From the NCBI RefSeq assembly GCF_963921235.1, contig NC_086097.1:246824001-246888000 (forward strand): a stretch of 64,000 nucleotides of DNA, read 5' to 3'. Positions within the stretch are counted from its first letter, which is position 1, and each line of letters opens with the position of its first letter. Origin of the DNA: Mobula hypostoma. Its lineage: Eukaryota. Of this stretch, positions 1-11,979 are shown piece by piece. A program made the position numbers and the translations under genes. The notes beneath the pieces were generated by a model. The model ran no database searches. It was given only the letters and a program-made list of their open reading frames with translations, and had not been told where the DNA came from.

Positions 1-326
1 GAACTCTATCACTGAAGATGCGGTAAGCATGGATGTTCAGGAAATGGAGGAGGTACGGTGAGGGCGGCATCAATGGTGAATAAAGGGAAACCCTGTTCTT
101 TGAAGGAGGAGGACATCTCTGGTGGGAAGAGGTTTAGTCGGGGCAGCCATAGTAATCAGATTTATGAAAAATGTCAGTCAACTGTTTGTCTCCAGAGATG
201 GAGACAAATCAAGAAAGGGGAGAGAAGTGCCAGAAATAAACCAAGTGAAATTAAGGGCAGATTGGAGGTTGGAGGCAAGCACGGGTGCGTGAAACAGCAC
301 CAATGCACATGTGAATGTAGTGGAGG
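1..326 (-). mobile_element. Penelope-like element RT fragment, decayed
   Basis: Similar to the PLE at about 18000-18400 (e.g. AAGGGCAGATTGGAGGTTG, GCATCAATGGTG..AAGGGAAACCC). Confidence 0.6.
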
Positions 327-375
327 AATCATTCTTGTGAACCTCCTCTGGACCCTCTCCAGAGTTAGTTTGGAG

Positions 376-1757
376 ACAGACAGAATATTGAGTGGCCACG
401 AAAGAGAAGCCAGGATGGTATGTTGCCTCGCAGGGACTAGGGTCCAGGATGTCTCAGCGCAGTTACAGAAGAATCGTAAGTGGGAGGGTAAGCAGCCACA
501 GGTTGTACTGCACATTGGCATGAATGACTTAGGTAGAAAGGGGTACAGGTCCTGCACAGTGAATATAGGGAGTTTGGGAACAGGACCTCCAAAGTAGTAA
601 TCTCTGGGTTACTCCTAGTAACCCAGTCAGAGCAAGAAAAGGATGGTAGCACAGATGAATGAATGGCTAAGGAAGTGGTGCATGGAGCAGGGTTTCAGAT
701 TTCTGGATCATTGGGATCTCTACAGGGAAGGTACGATCTGTTAAGTCACTCCACTCCTTAAGAAGGGATGGAGGCAGAAAAAAGATAAATATAGGCCAGT
801 TAGTCTGACTTCAGTGGCTGGGAAGCTTCTGGAGCCCATTAGTAAGGATGAATTTTCAGAGTACCTGGAGGCACATAATAAAGTAGGCCAAAGTCAGGTT
901 TCCTTCAGGGGAAAATCTCACCTGACAAATTTGTTGGAATTCTTTGAGGAAATAACAGGCAAGATAGACAAAGGAGAGTTAATGGATGTTGTTTACTTGG
1001 ATTTTCGGAAGGTCTTTGACAAGGTGCTGCACATGAAGTTGCGTAACAAGGTAAGAGCCCATGATTTTACAGGAAAGATACAAGCATGGATAGAAGATTC
1101 TCTTATTGGCAGGAGGCAAAGATTGATAAAGGGAGCCTATTCTGGTTGGCTGTTGGTGACAAGCGGTGTTCCGCAGGGGTCAGGACTGAGACTGCTTTTT
1201 TCACGTTATGTCAATGATTTTGATGACAGAATTGTTGGCTTTGAGGCCAAGTTTTTGGATGATATGAAGATAGGTGAAGGGGCAGGTAGTGTTGAGGAAG
1301 CAGCAAGTCTGTAGGACAGATTAGGTGAATGGACAAAGGAAGTGGCAGATGGAATATAGCATAAGTGTATGATTGTACACTTCAGCAGAAGGAATTAAAG
1401 GTGTAAATTATTTTCTAAACAGGGAGAAAACGGAATAATCTGAGGTGGAAAGGGACTTGGGAGGCCTTGTGCAGGATTCTCTAAAGGTTAACTTGCCAGT
1501 TCAGTCAGTGGTAAGAAGGCAAATGCAACGTTAGCATTCATTTCAAAAGGACAAGAACATAAGAGCAAGGATGTGATGCTGAGGCTTTACAAGGCACTGG
1601 TCAGACAACACTAACACTACTGTTAGCAGTTTCGGGCCCCTTATCTAAGAAAAGTTGTGCTTCCATTAGAGGGGGTCCAGAGGAGGTTCATGAGAATTAT
1701 TTTGGGAATGAAAGGGAGTATTTGATGGCACTGGGCTTGTATTCGCTGGAGTTAAAA
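376..1757 (+). mobile_element. CR1 LINE fragment: ORF1 SGNH-esterase piece (376-740) joined to ORF2 RT (743-1757)
   Basis: VCCLAGTRVQDVS..VVLHIGMND esterase motif; LTNLLEFFEE..DVVYLDFRKVFDKV..SGVPQGS..KFLDD. Confidence 0.88.
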
Positions 1758-1793
1758 TAAGTGCAAAGTGAAAGTGAGTGCAGGTTAACGTAC

Positions 1794-2246
1794 CAAGTCC
1801 GGCAGGCATGGGTTCAGGAGGATCCGGGGGTTCTGGGGGTTCCGCTGGCATCTCAACTTCAGAAACAGTGCTCTCCGCCTCAGCAACAACTTCCTTTTCT
1901 TTTGGCTGAGGTGTCTTAATCAGCTGGGCTAATAAAACGGCCAGTGCACTCTGAATGGCGGTCTGAGCGGAATCAATCTCACTTTTTTGTGGTGGCTGCG
2001 TGGGTTGAGGCGGCACAGACGGTGTTACCACTGGTGGCTTCTCGACTTCTTGCTGTTGCTTAGCAGCTGCTGCCAGGACTCCGGCTGGAAGGTTCACTGT
2101 GCTGAGCTGCTGCTGAGTCTCCGGATTCACCTTAATATTCAACGCTTGAGCGAGATGTGCCAGGCTAAGACTGTTCTTGGATCTCAACAGGTTCACAAGG
2201 ATGGCCAGGTCATTCTGGTTTAGCGGCTGTCCAGTACCTTTACTCT
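1794..2246 (-). CDS. CDK13: CDK13 exon 13 (453 bp): [21 protein letters not shown]...PEPMPAGL
   Basis: TTCTCTGCAG acceptor, GTACGT donor; phase 1 fits exon 12; lies within ORF 1666..2262. Confidence 0.92.
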
Positions 2247-2429
2247 CTGCAGAGAAATACACCTCCTTTAAAGCTCAGCAAAAATACAGGACATCTTTAA
2301 AATTAAAAGCTTAGCACATATTTTATAGATCTTCAAATACTTCATGCATATTTATAAATACAGAAATTTGATCAGTCATGACAACTTTTAAATATTGTGA
2401 ATGCAGATAAATTTAATGTATTTATTTAG

Positions 2430-2635
2430 GGATACTGAGTGGAACAGGCCCACACCACCCAGCAACCCACCTTTTTAACCCTAGCCTAAGCACAGGACAA
2501 ATTACAACGACCAATTAACCCACTAACTGGTATGACTTTGGAATATGGGAGGAAGCCGAAGCACTGGGAAACAACCTATGCATTCATGGGGAGGATGCAC
2601 AAACTCCTTACAGATGGCAATGGAAATGAATGCCG
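2430..2635 (-). mobile_element. HE1/V-SINE-like tRNA-derived SINE
   Basis: Reverse complement of the V-domain-like TGCTTCGGCTTCCTCCCA..TTCCAAAG; several related copies in the window. Confidence 0.7.
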
Positions 2636-2809
2636 ACACTAAGTTCACTAAGTGATTTAATAATGATGAGAGAGATTAGCTTTATTTGTCACACATATAC
2701 TGAAACATACAGTGAAATGCGTTGCTTGTGTCAACGATCAACAGTATGAGGATGTGTCAGCAGCCAGCAAGTATTGCCATGCTTTCATTGTCAACTTATC
2801 ATTCACTGA

Positions 2810-2960
2810 CCATAACTCATTTGTCTTTGGAACATGGGAGGAAACTGGAGCACCTGGAGGAAACCCACATAGTTACAGGGAGAATGTACAAACTGTACGG
2901 ACAGCAGCAAGAATTGAACCGATTGTTTGCACTGTACAGCGTAATGCTATCTGCTACACA
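2810..2960 (-). mobile_element. HE1/V-SINE-like fragment
   Basis: GGGAGGAAACTGGAGCACCTGGAGGAAACCCAC is the V-domain antisense. Confidence 0.7.
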
Positions 2961-3324
2961 CAGAATATAATGTGATCAAACTCAGTTAAGCTAATCAAAG
3001 GTGATGACCCTTAAAGTGCAACAAAGCGCATTAGCACGATGATAATTGGGGATTAGAACAGAAAGGATCCTTATTCAGTATGCCATTTATCTGGCAGCAG
3101 GGCCTAGGATACTGCAGTACATTGTATAGGAGAGTCAAAAACCTTATCCATATTAAAACTAATGACCTAGAAAGAAAGATGGCAGAGGTCCTAAAGGAAC
3201 TAGAAATCCTAGGACTTCAAGCAATCTTTTGGTTACCTCAGTGCCACTTACTTGTGAGATTAAGTTGTGCAGGCTTTGCCATTGGTAACATATTGGTGTC
3301 AGCATGAATTTAATCACATCTGAC

Positions 3325-3725
3325 CAAAAAACATAGGAACAGAATTAGGCCATTCAGCCCGTCAAGTCTATGCTGCAGTTCGATCTTGACAGATTTATTT
3401 TCTCTCTCCTCCTCCTGTCTTCCACTCATAACCTTTTATGACCTTATTAATCAAGAACCTATCAACTACTGCTATAAATAAACACAATGACTGGGCCTCC
3501 ACAGCAATCTCTGGCAATGAATTGAACAAATTCAACACTAGATAAAGAAAATTCTCATCTATTCTAAACATTCTTCTATTCTGAGGCTATGCCTTCTAGT
3601 CCAATACTCTCCACATCTATTCTATCCAGGTATCTCAATATTTGATAGGTTTCAATGAGATTCCCCCCTCATTCTTCTAAAATCCAGCAAATACAAGTCC
3701 ATAGCCAAACACTCCTCATACATTA
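3325..3725 (-). mobile_element. CR1 3' fragment
   Basis: CATAGGAACAGAATTAGGCCATTCAGCCC 3'-end signature shared with other CR1 copies. Confidence 0.75.
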
Positions 3726-4282
3726 CATTTAAACACAAAAAGGACTAATTATTCTTGCATATTGGATAATTAAAGCTGTGGCAGACATCTAAATATATCA
3801 TTTAAAAGTATTGAAAACTGAGGGACATCACTCAATTTAAATAATTGGAGCAAACCAGATGGTTTCAGCCAAACACGCTAATTGGTAGGTAAATTGCCAC
3901 AGTTAACTGTCACTTGAATTGGGAGATTTGATAGTGATGTAAAATGTAACAAGAGATTGAAGCAGATGGATGTTTAATAGATATTACAGAAGTGATGGGC
4001 TAAGAAGCCAGTTTCTGTTTTGTATAACTGTGAGAGTTAGGTGGATTATCAAAAACAGTTCATTTTGGAGCAAGTGCAAATGCATGAAGTGGTTACTATG
4101 GTTGTGAGTGATTACTTGCAATTGTGATAAGGGACTCCAAGTTTTTTTTTAAAAAAGTACTTGCTGTCACCGAGCATAATGCATTCAGAAAAGGGGGGAA
4201 AAAAGTGAAATTAAGGAAATCTTAGTTTAGTGCCAAAGGCAAGTTTTTTAAAATCATAGTGGGTGCATGGAATGCCCTGCCA

Positions 4283-5140
4283 TTCAATAAGATCATGGCT
4301 GATCTGGCCATGGGCTCATTTCCACCTACCTGCCTTTTCCCCATAACCCTTAATTCCCTTACTACGCAAAAAGCTATCCAACCTGGTCTTAAATATATTT
4401 ACTGAGGTAGTCTCCACTGCTTCATTGGGCAGAGAATTCCACAGATTTAGCAGTTTCTGGGAAAAGCAATTCCTCATAATCTCAGAACTAAATTTACTCC
4501 CCCAAATCTTGAGGCTATGTCCCCCAGTTCTCGTCTCACCTACCAGTGGAAACAACTTTCCTACCTCTATCTTATCTAACCCTTTCATAATTTTATGTGT
4601 TTCTATGAGATCTCCTCTCATCCTTCTGAATTCCAGCGAGTACAGTCCCAGGCGACTCAATCTCGCCTCATGGTCTAACCCCCCTCATCTCTGGAATTAA
4701 CCTGGTGAACTTCCTCTGCACTGCCTCCAAAGCCAGTATATCCCTCAAGTAAGGAAACAGAATTGCACACAGTACCCCAAGGTGCAGCCTCACCAGTACC
4801 CTCTACAGTTGCAGCATAACCTTCCCTCTCTTAAATTCAATCCCTATAGCAATAAAGGCCAATTTTCCATTTGCGTTCTTGATGGCCTGCTGTACCTGCA
4901 AACCAAACTTTTGTGATTCATGCAAAGGCACTCACAAGTCCCTCTGCACAGCAACAAGCTACAATTTTTTACCATTTGAATAATAATCTGCTCTTCCATT
5001 TTTCCTTCCAAAGTGGATGACCTTGCATTTACCAACACTGTACTCCATCTGCCAGACCCTTGCCCGCTCACTTAACCTATCTACATCTCTCTGCAGACTC
5101 TCCATATTTACTACACAATTTGCTTTTCCACTCAATTTAT
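4283..5140 (-). mobile_element. CR1 ORF2 3' part
   Basis: LGLYSLEFRRMRGDLIET.KI.KG..LWNSLP (ORF 4316..4660). Confidence 0.88.
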
Positions 5141-5482
5141 GGTAGAGGCAAATACATTAATGATATTTTAAGAAACTCTGGCATGTAGATGATAGAAATA
5201 GAAAAATGGAGAGTTTTGTACGAGGGAAGAGTTCAATTGATCTTGGAGTAGGTTAAAAGGTTGGCCTGTACTGTGCGGTAATATTCTCAGTTCTATGTTA
5301 ACAGGGCTTAAAAGAGAAAATGTATGGGGGGGTGGGGGGTGGTGTCAAAGAGACTATTTGGTTGAAGTGAAGGAATAATAAAGTAGCTATTATGCTAATA
5401 ATTAGAATATTTTTTATCAAATAATGGAAAGTAGATAGAAAAGTTCTGCATGTAAATTACCAATATAAACTGAATACCTTGC

Positions 5483-5677
5483 GGTTAGATTTACCACAGT
5501 ACATAATTATCTATTTAAATGTTTATTTTGCTTTTATATCATCTCAATGTGTACTTAAGAATGTATAAATAATTGTAGTTTTATACATATAAAAAAATGG
5601 AAAAGGTTATATGTGTGAAAAAAGTACATGATAATTGTGAACTCCTTATCCAAATAAAAATAAAATTTAAAAAAAAA
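5483..5677 (+). mobile_element. 5'-truncated poly(A)-tailed retro-insertion, probably an L1-type 3'UTR
   Basis: AATAAA plus A tail. Perfect 18-bp TSD ATAAACTGAATACCTTGC at 5465-5482 and 5678-5695. Confidence 0.8.
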
Positions 5678-5729
5678 ATAAACTGAATACCTTGCAAATT
5701 TAACAATTCCAACATCAAATGAAATATTT

Positions 5730-6075
5730 AGCAGAGATAGGTAGAGTCAGAATCTTGTTCCCAGGGTAGAAATGTCAAATATCAAAGGACACATTTTTAA
5801 GGCTGGAGTAGGGTCGTTTATAGGGGTGTAAGGGACAAGTTTAAAAAACACCACACCATAGGATGGTTAGTTGCCTGGAATTGGTTACCAGGGAAATCGT
5901 GGAAACAAAGCTTGGTGGAATTCAGGATAGACATGCGAATACGAGGGAAATTGAGGGATATATGGATGGACGACATTTGCCCCACAATGTTGCAGTAATC
6001 GTGATGCCAATGGCATCTTGATCAGTACAGCATTGTGGCCCAAATGGTCCGTCTAGTGCTGTACTGTTCTATATT
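5730..6075 (+). mobile_element. CR1 3' end, old
   Basis: GATAGGTAGAGTCAGAATCTTGTTCCCAGGG...GCTGTACTGTTCTATATTCTA tail. Confidence 0.65.
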
Positions 6076-6705
6076 CTAATGCAAGAGAGAAAGAGCGGAA
6101 CTTTTGATTTACAAGAGGAGGTGGCAATTTTTAAGTATGGTCCAAGGAAGTGGAGAATGTTGGAGTTGAAGAGCCCATGTTTTTGAGGTGGGGGAGGGGG
6201 AGCAAGACAGAGAAAGGAATGTCTGACCATTGCACCAAAGAATTTAAACCAACAGCAAGTGGATTGTTAGGGCTGATGGGTCCATTTAGGACCAAACTGG
6301 ATTTCTATTAATGTAGGCAGAAAATACAGTTGAGCTCACACATGAATACCTTGCATCAACATCTATTAAAAAGGACTTTGCCAAAGCTGCAGTAAACTCA
6401 GATTCAATAATTATTGGGTAGGATAAAAATAGAGTTGCTAGGAAGGTTGTTGGCACTGTTATCTGGTCCAGGTGGGAAAATCTTCCACTTCTGCTCAAAT
6501 ACAGGAAAAGAAGAAAGAGAAGCATGAATCTAGGAATTATAGTCCTATCAGTGGATGAGCTTTTCAAAGCCTTCTTAGAATAATAAGCTGTCAGACACTT
6601 GGATCAATAGATGAAAAGATCAGTATATGGAAGATTCAGTAAGGGAAATCATTACAACTAACTGGACTGAATCTCTTGATGAGGTTAGTGCAGCTAATCT
6701 ACATT

Positions 6706-7693
6706 CAGGAGATTCTGGTTAATGGGGCCATCGGTTAATCAGGGCAGCCGCTTATTTGGGACAAATCAAATTGAGAAAATAGCAGGATTCCTTTCATTTA
6801 TTTGGGATACTATGCCACTTAATTAGGGCAGGAAACTGTTACTGAACAGTTTCTAACTAGTGTCTACTGCATACGTGTGTCGCCATAAGAAGCTACCCGG
6901 TGCTTATTTTAGTCAGTTGCACATGTTTGTGTTCAAAAGCTGTGATTTTTGTTACTGACAGTTGGTAAAAAAAAAAGCAGTAAGAAAATTCTGAACTGTT
7001 TTGCTCACTGCAGATTCAGGTTTGGAAGTGCCAGAAACAGCTGGGAGTGAAGATATTATTTCACCACTTCAACAAATTAGGAACTTTGAAGGACTTGAAG
7101 GTATCGATAATCCTCTTGAATGTTACAATGAAAATGATGATTTAGAGGACGCAATCATCAAAAGCATTGCATGAAGGCAGTCCACTATCTGCACTAGGTG
7201 TCTGCGCTGATTTTGTTCATTGTATACACTGGATGAATTCCTCTACCATTAACTATTAGGAACTAATACACAATCTTATAGTACTGCAGTACCCATTGAT
7301 AGTATTCTAATTTAAATACATAATTTGTTGCAGCACACATGAAATGCTGGAGGAACAGTGGACCAGGCAGTACCTATGGAAAAAAAGTACAGTCAACGTT
7401 TCAGGTGTTTCTCTCTTTCTTTCCTCCAGTCCTGCTGAAGGGTCTTGGCACAAAACGTCAACTGTACTCTTTTCCATAGATGCTGCCTGACCTGCTGAAT
7501 TCCTTCATCACTTTGAGTGTGATGCTTGGATTTCCAGCATCTGCGGGTTTTTCTCTTGAAACATAATTTGTTACTCAGTTTGTGTTTTCTTAATACCTTT
7601 AACACGAAACTTCCATGAAACTAATTGGAGCTACTACTTAATTGGGCTAAAATGTGCTGGTCCTGATATGTCCCAATTAACCAGAATCCATTG
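6706..7693 (+). mobile_element. Non-autonomous Tigger/pogo derivative, copy 1; hosts a PLE mini-element
   Basis: Termini CAGGAGATTCTGGTTAATGGG / CCCAATTAACCAGAATCCATTG-TA; internal ..NCFAHC.. transposase remnant; homologous to 46600-47289. Confidence 0.7.
7330..7560. mobile_element. Penelope-derived fold-back mini-element with a degenerate hammerhead motif
   Basis: Inverted arms (TGCTGGAGGAA..CAGGCAG / CTGCCTG..TTCCTTCATCA); 12-bp TSD ACATAATTTGTT at 7318-7329 and 7561-7572. Confidence 0.8.
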
Positions 7694-7906
7694 TATTTAC
7701 ATTCCAAAAAGCATTTAATGATAAATTAACTTAAGCTTCCAAACTAAACTCAAGTCCATTGGCTAAATTGGGTGGTGGCATGATGTACTCAAGATTGCTT
7801 AGGATAAAAAACAAATGTTTACCCAGTTTGTTTAGGAAGCGTAGGCATAGTCTATTTCTCATTTCTCTTTGGAATGAAGGAGCATGAGAGTTGGCTTGAC
7901 AGAGTT

Positions 7907-8221
7907 CTTGAAGACTCGTACGGCCAGATTTGGGAACAGCTTCTTTCCAACTGTGATAAGACTGCTGAACGGATCCTGACTCGGATCTGGGCCGTACCCT
8001 CCAAATATCCGGACCTGCCTCTCGGTTTTTTTGCACTACCTTACTTCCCATTTTTCTATTTTCTATTTATGACTTAAAATTTAAATTTTTAATATTTACT
8101 AATTTTACTATTTTTAATATTTAATATTTGTAATCCAGGGAGTGGGAAGCGCAGAATCAAATATCGCTGTGATGATTGTACATTCTGGTACCAATTGTTT
8201 GGCGACAATAAAGTATAAAGT
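7907..8221 (+). mobile_element. 5'-truncated copy of the Rex1/Babar family at 23061-26618, inserted in a CR1 3' fragment (about 7860-8500)
   Basis: Near-identical to 26321-26616, including the AATAAAGTATAAAGT tail. Confidence 0.9.
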
Positions 8222-8509
8222 CAAGTATAAACTGATAAAAGGCAGTGGAAGAGTGGACAGCCAGAGACTTTTTCCCAGGGCAGAAATTGCTAATACAATT
8301 AGAGGCATAGCATAGTTTAAGGTGATTAGAGGAAAAGTATAGAGGTAGTGTTTTTTAAAATACACAGAGTAGTGGGCTTATGGAACATGTTGCAAGGGTG
8401 GAGGTAGAGACAGATACAATAGGGACATTTAGGGAGACTCTTAAAGACAGGCAGATGGCTGAAAGAAAAATGAAGGGCTATGTGTGACGGGTCAGATTGA
8501 TCTTAAAGC

Positions 8510-9570
8510 AATCAAAGCAAATGTATTATTGAAGTACATTTATGTCACCATATACAACCCTAAGATTAATTTTCTTGCGGGCAAAAACAGCAAATCCAAG
8601 AAATGCAATGGAATCACAGCACCCAATGGCATGCACAGACAACCATTGTGCAAAAGACAACTGTGCAAATACAAAAGATATAATATACTAGTAATAAAAA
8701 TATACAGAACATGAGATGAAGAGTCCTTGAAAGTGAGTCTGTAAGTTGTGGGAACAGCGATAGGGTGAGAGAAGTTGAGTGGAGTGATCCTCTCTGGATG
8801 GTTCAGGAGTAGTAACTCTCCCTGAACCCAGCACTGTGGCTCCTGTACTTTCCTCCTCGTGCCAGCAGCAGGAAGAGAGCACGGCCTGAATGGTGGTGGA
8901 ACTTGATGATGGATACAGCTTTCCTGTGACAGCATTCTGTGTAGATGTGCTCAGTAGAGGGGAGGGTTTTACCTGTGATGGACCGGGCTGTGTTCACTAC
9001 TTTTTGTAGGATTTCCCATTCAAGAGCATCGGTGTTTCCATACCAGGCCTTTGTGTAACCTGTCAATATACTCTCCACACCATCTCTATAGAAGCTTGTG
9101 AAAGCTTTAGATGTCATGCAAACTTCTGAAACAGGAAAAAAGGTAGCAGTACTGCCGTGCTTTTTTTGTAATGGCACTTACATGATGGACTGAGGACAGA
9201 TCCTCTGATATGATAACACTGTTGTCATTTAAAGTTTCCAGCACTTTCCACCTTTGATCCCCCGATGTAGACTGGCTCATGGACCTCTGGTTTCCTCTTC
9301 AAGTCAATAATCAGCTCCATGGTCTTGCTGATATTGAGGAGATGTTTTTGAGGAGATGTTGAGGCACCACTCAGCCAGATTTTCAATCTCCCTCCTATAT
9401 GCCTTATCGCCACCTTTGATTTGGCCCACAACAGTGGTACCGTCAGTAAACTTGAATATGGCACTGGAGCTGTACTTACCTCTTAGTCCAAGTATAAAGT
9501 GAACTGAGCAGGGGGCTAAGCAAAAACCAGAGGAGCACCTTGGGCTGATGGAGTTTGTGGAGGAGATGGA
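8510..9570 (-). mobile_element. Rex1/Babar-type LINE 3' part, decayed
   Basis: FYRDGVESILTGYTKAWYG..LQKVVNTARSITG..LPS and SKTMELIID motifs (ORFs 8803..9177, 9225..9464). Confidence 0.8.
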
Positions 9571-10074
9571 GGAGTAGGTTGAAGGGCTGTCACAATATAG
9601 TGGGCTAAAAGGCTAATTATGTTCTATAGTGTGCCACCAGGTTTATTACTAGGATCAGTGCTGATTTTTAAATTCAACATGAAAAAAATGGGCCAAATGT
9701 GAAAAACACAAATTATACATCACAAATAGGCAATAAATAATGAGAACATGAGATGAAGAGTCCTTGAAAGTAGGTTGATAGGTGGGAACAGTTAAGTGAC
9801 AGGGTAAGTAAAATTGAGTGAAGTTATCCCCTCTGGTTCAAGAGCCTGATAAATACAACTATTGAGAAAATGGTTGTACTGTAGCAGGTGACTTGCTTCC
9901 ATATCAACTAATGCCTTTTCACCACCTACAAGGTACAAATCCGGATTATTATGAAATACATTCAATTTGCTTTACAACTCATGCACTCAGTATTATTCTT
10001 CCATTTGCACTGTTTGTCTTCTTTTGCACATTGATTGTTTGTCAGTCTTGATGTAGTTATTCATAAGTTCTATT

Positions 10075-10605
10075 GTCATAGCCGGGGCCTGTAGTGGAGA
10101 TAAGCTCCCACTTCCTATTAAATGCCCCCATTGGTATGTGCCTCAAATAGCCTCTGATAACCAAGCCCAGCAGAACAGTTTCTACTGACAGGAAAAGGGG
10201 CAAAGGTGCATTACCGGCACCTTAAAACCAGTCACTTTGGCAGATGGTGCTTGTCAGCCATGGTTGGCAGCTCAGCCAGGAGAAGGAACTCCTGATCTCC
10301 AATCTCCACTGCCTTGTGGCTATACCCAACCATGGGGAAGGCTTTGGGAGTAAACACCAAAGGAAAAATCCAGAGCTGAAGTCCTGAAGACAACCCAGCG
10401 TCAAGTTCAACGCTGACTGGCAATTCCTGCAATGCTGCTGGTGCCAAACTGTATCAATCTCTGCCGTTCCTTTGGATTGATCAACTGTGTGGAGAGAGGG
10501 AGCCTGCTGCAGGGGCCACGGCTTGCTCTCCATATCGTACTGCACTGGCTTGTGTAACACATAGACAGCTAGGATGGGACATCCATGGTTAACCCTATCC
10601 AACGG
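10075..10605 (+). mobile_element. RTE-5'UTR-like non-coding repeat inserted in a Rex1-type 3'UTR; related piece at about 29150-29440
   Basis: GGTTGGCAGCTCAGCCAGGAGAAGGAACTCCTGATCTC resembles RTE leaders. Second internal copy shares AGTTCAA.GCTGACTGG..CCATAT.GTACTGC. Confidence 0.5.
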
Positions 10606-11329
10606 ATTTACTTTTCCTGTAAATGGTTGCAAGAAAATTAATCTCGAGATAGGATACTGTTCAACATGTGCTTAGAAAAGTAAAACTCAAGCAATTCAGC
10701 ACCACACAGGTTGAGCAGCTTTTTTTGACAGGCATACTACACAACTTAGCCATCGATTCCATCTAATGACAGACAGTCTATAGTGTGCAACATCCACAAG
10801 ATACACTGCAGCTCCTTGCCAGGCTACTGACAGCACAGCCCACTCCTGCAACCTCCACCTTCAAGAAGCACAGGGCATGGAAACCACCACCACCAGCAGA
10901 TTCCACCTCAAAGTCACATATCTAGATCAGAGAATACAAAGTTCAAAGTAAATTTATCAAAGTATATATATATATATCACCCTGAGATTCATTTTCTTAT
11001 GGGTATTTACAGTAGAATAAAAATACAATAGAATCAATAAAAACTACAAAGACGAACAAACAACTAAAACGCAAAAGATAAGCTGCAAATAAATGTGTAA
11101 GTAAATAATACTGAGAACAGGAGATGTAGAGACCTTCAAGTTGAGTCCACAGGTTGTAGGATCAAATCAGTGTTGAGGTAAGGGCTGTTTTTACTATATC
11201 GAAGAATTCCGTACCAAAGACACTGCGAAAATACCTTCACCAAAAGGACTGCTGTGGTTCAAGATGGCTTCTCGCTGCTTTCTAATGGCAATTATAGATT
11301 TAGCAATAGATGCTTGCTGCTTGGATTAG

Positions 11330-11765
11330 AGAGCATGTCTTAAGAGAATAGACTGTGTGAGCAAGGGCTTTTCTCTTTGGAGTGGCGGAGGAGAGGAGGA
11401 GAGGAGGTGACTTTATAGAGGTATACACGATGATAAGGGGTATTGATCGAGTGGACAGCCAGAGACTTTTTCTCCAAGGCAGATGTGGCTACTACAAGGG
11501 AGTATAACTTGAAAGAGTTTGAAGGAGTGCATGGAGGGATGTCAGAGGTGTTTTTTTCCACCTCACACAGAAAGTGATAGGTGTGTGGAACACACTGCCA
11601 GGGTTGGTGGTAGAGGCAGGTACATTAGGGATATTTAATAAACTCTTAGAAAGGCACATGGATGAAAGAAAATGCAGCATCGTGTGGAAGAGGAGTTAGA
11701 TTGATTGTGGCCTAAGTTAAGGATCAACACAACATGGTGGGCTGAAGGCTGTACTGTTCTATGTT
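11330..11765 (+). mobile_element. CR1 3' fragment
   Basis: FSLE.RR..RGDFIEVY-like coding remnant and CTGTACTGTTCTATGTT tail. Confidence 0.75.
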
Positions 11766-11979
11766 TTATGCAAGTGACACCTTGATTCCAAAAAAAATGG
11801 AAATAATTCACTCTTTTCTATTCTGCTAGCTTTCACTTCAAAGCTAATAGCGTCATCCTACCACATGGCAGGCTGATCCAGAAGATTAAGATGCATTGGC
11901 ATGGGCTGATAAGTGACAAGCGAGCACACAGCACTGGGCAATGGTCACCTGGGCCTTGGTATTCAAAGGCCTTGCCTAT

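Noticed and set aside
10075..10300. HDV-like ribozyme in the RTE-like leader
   Set aside because: Could not trace P1/P1.1/P2/P3 pairings and the catalytic J4/2 in this copy.
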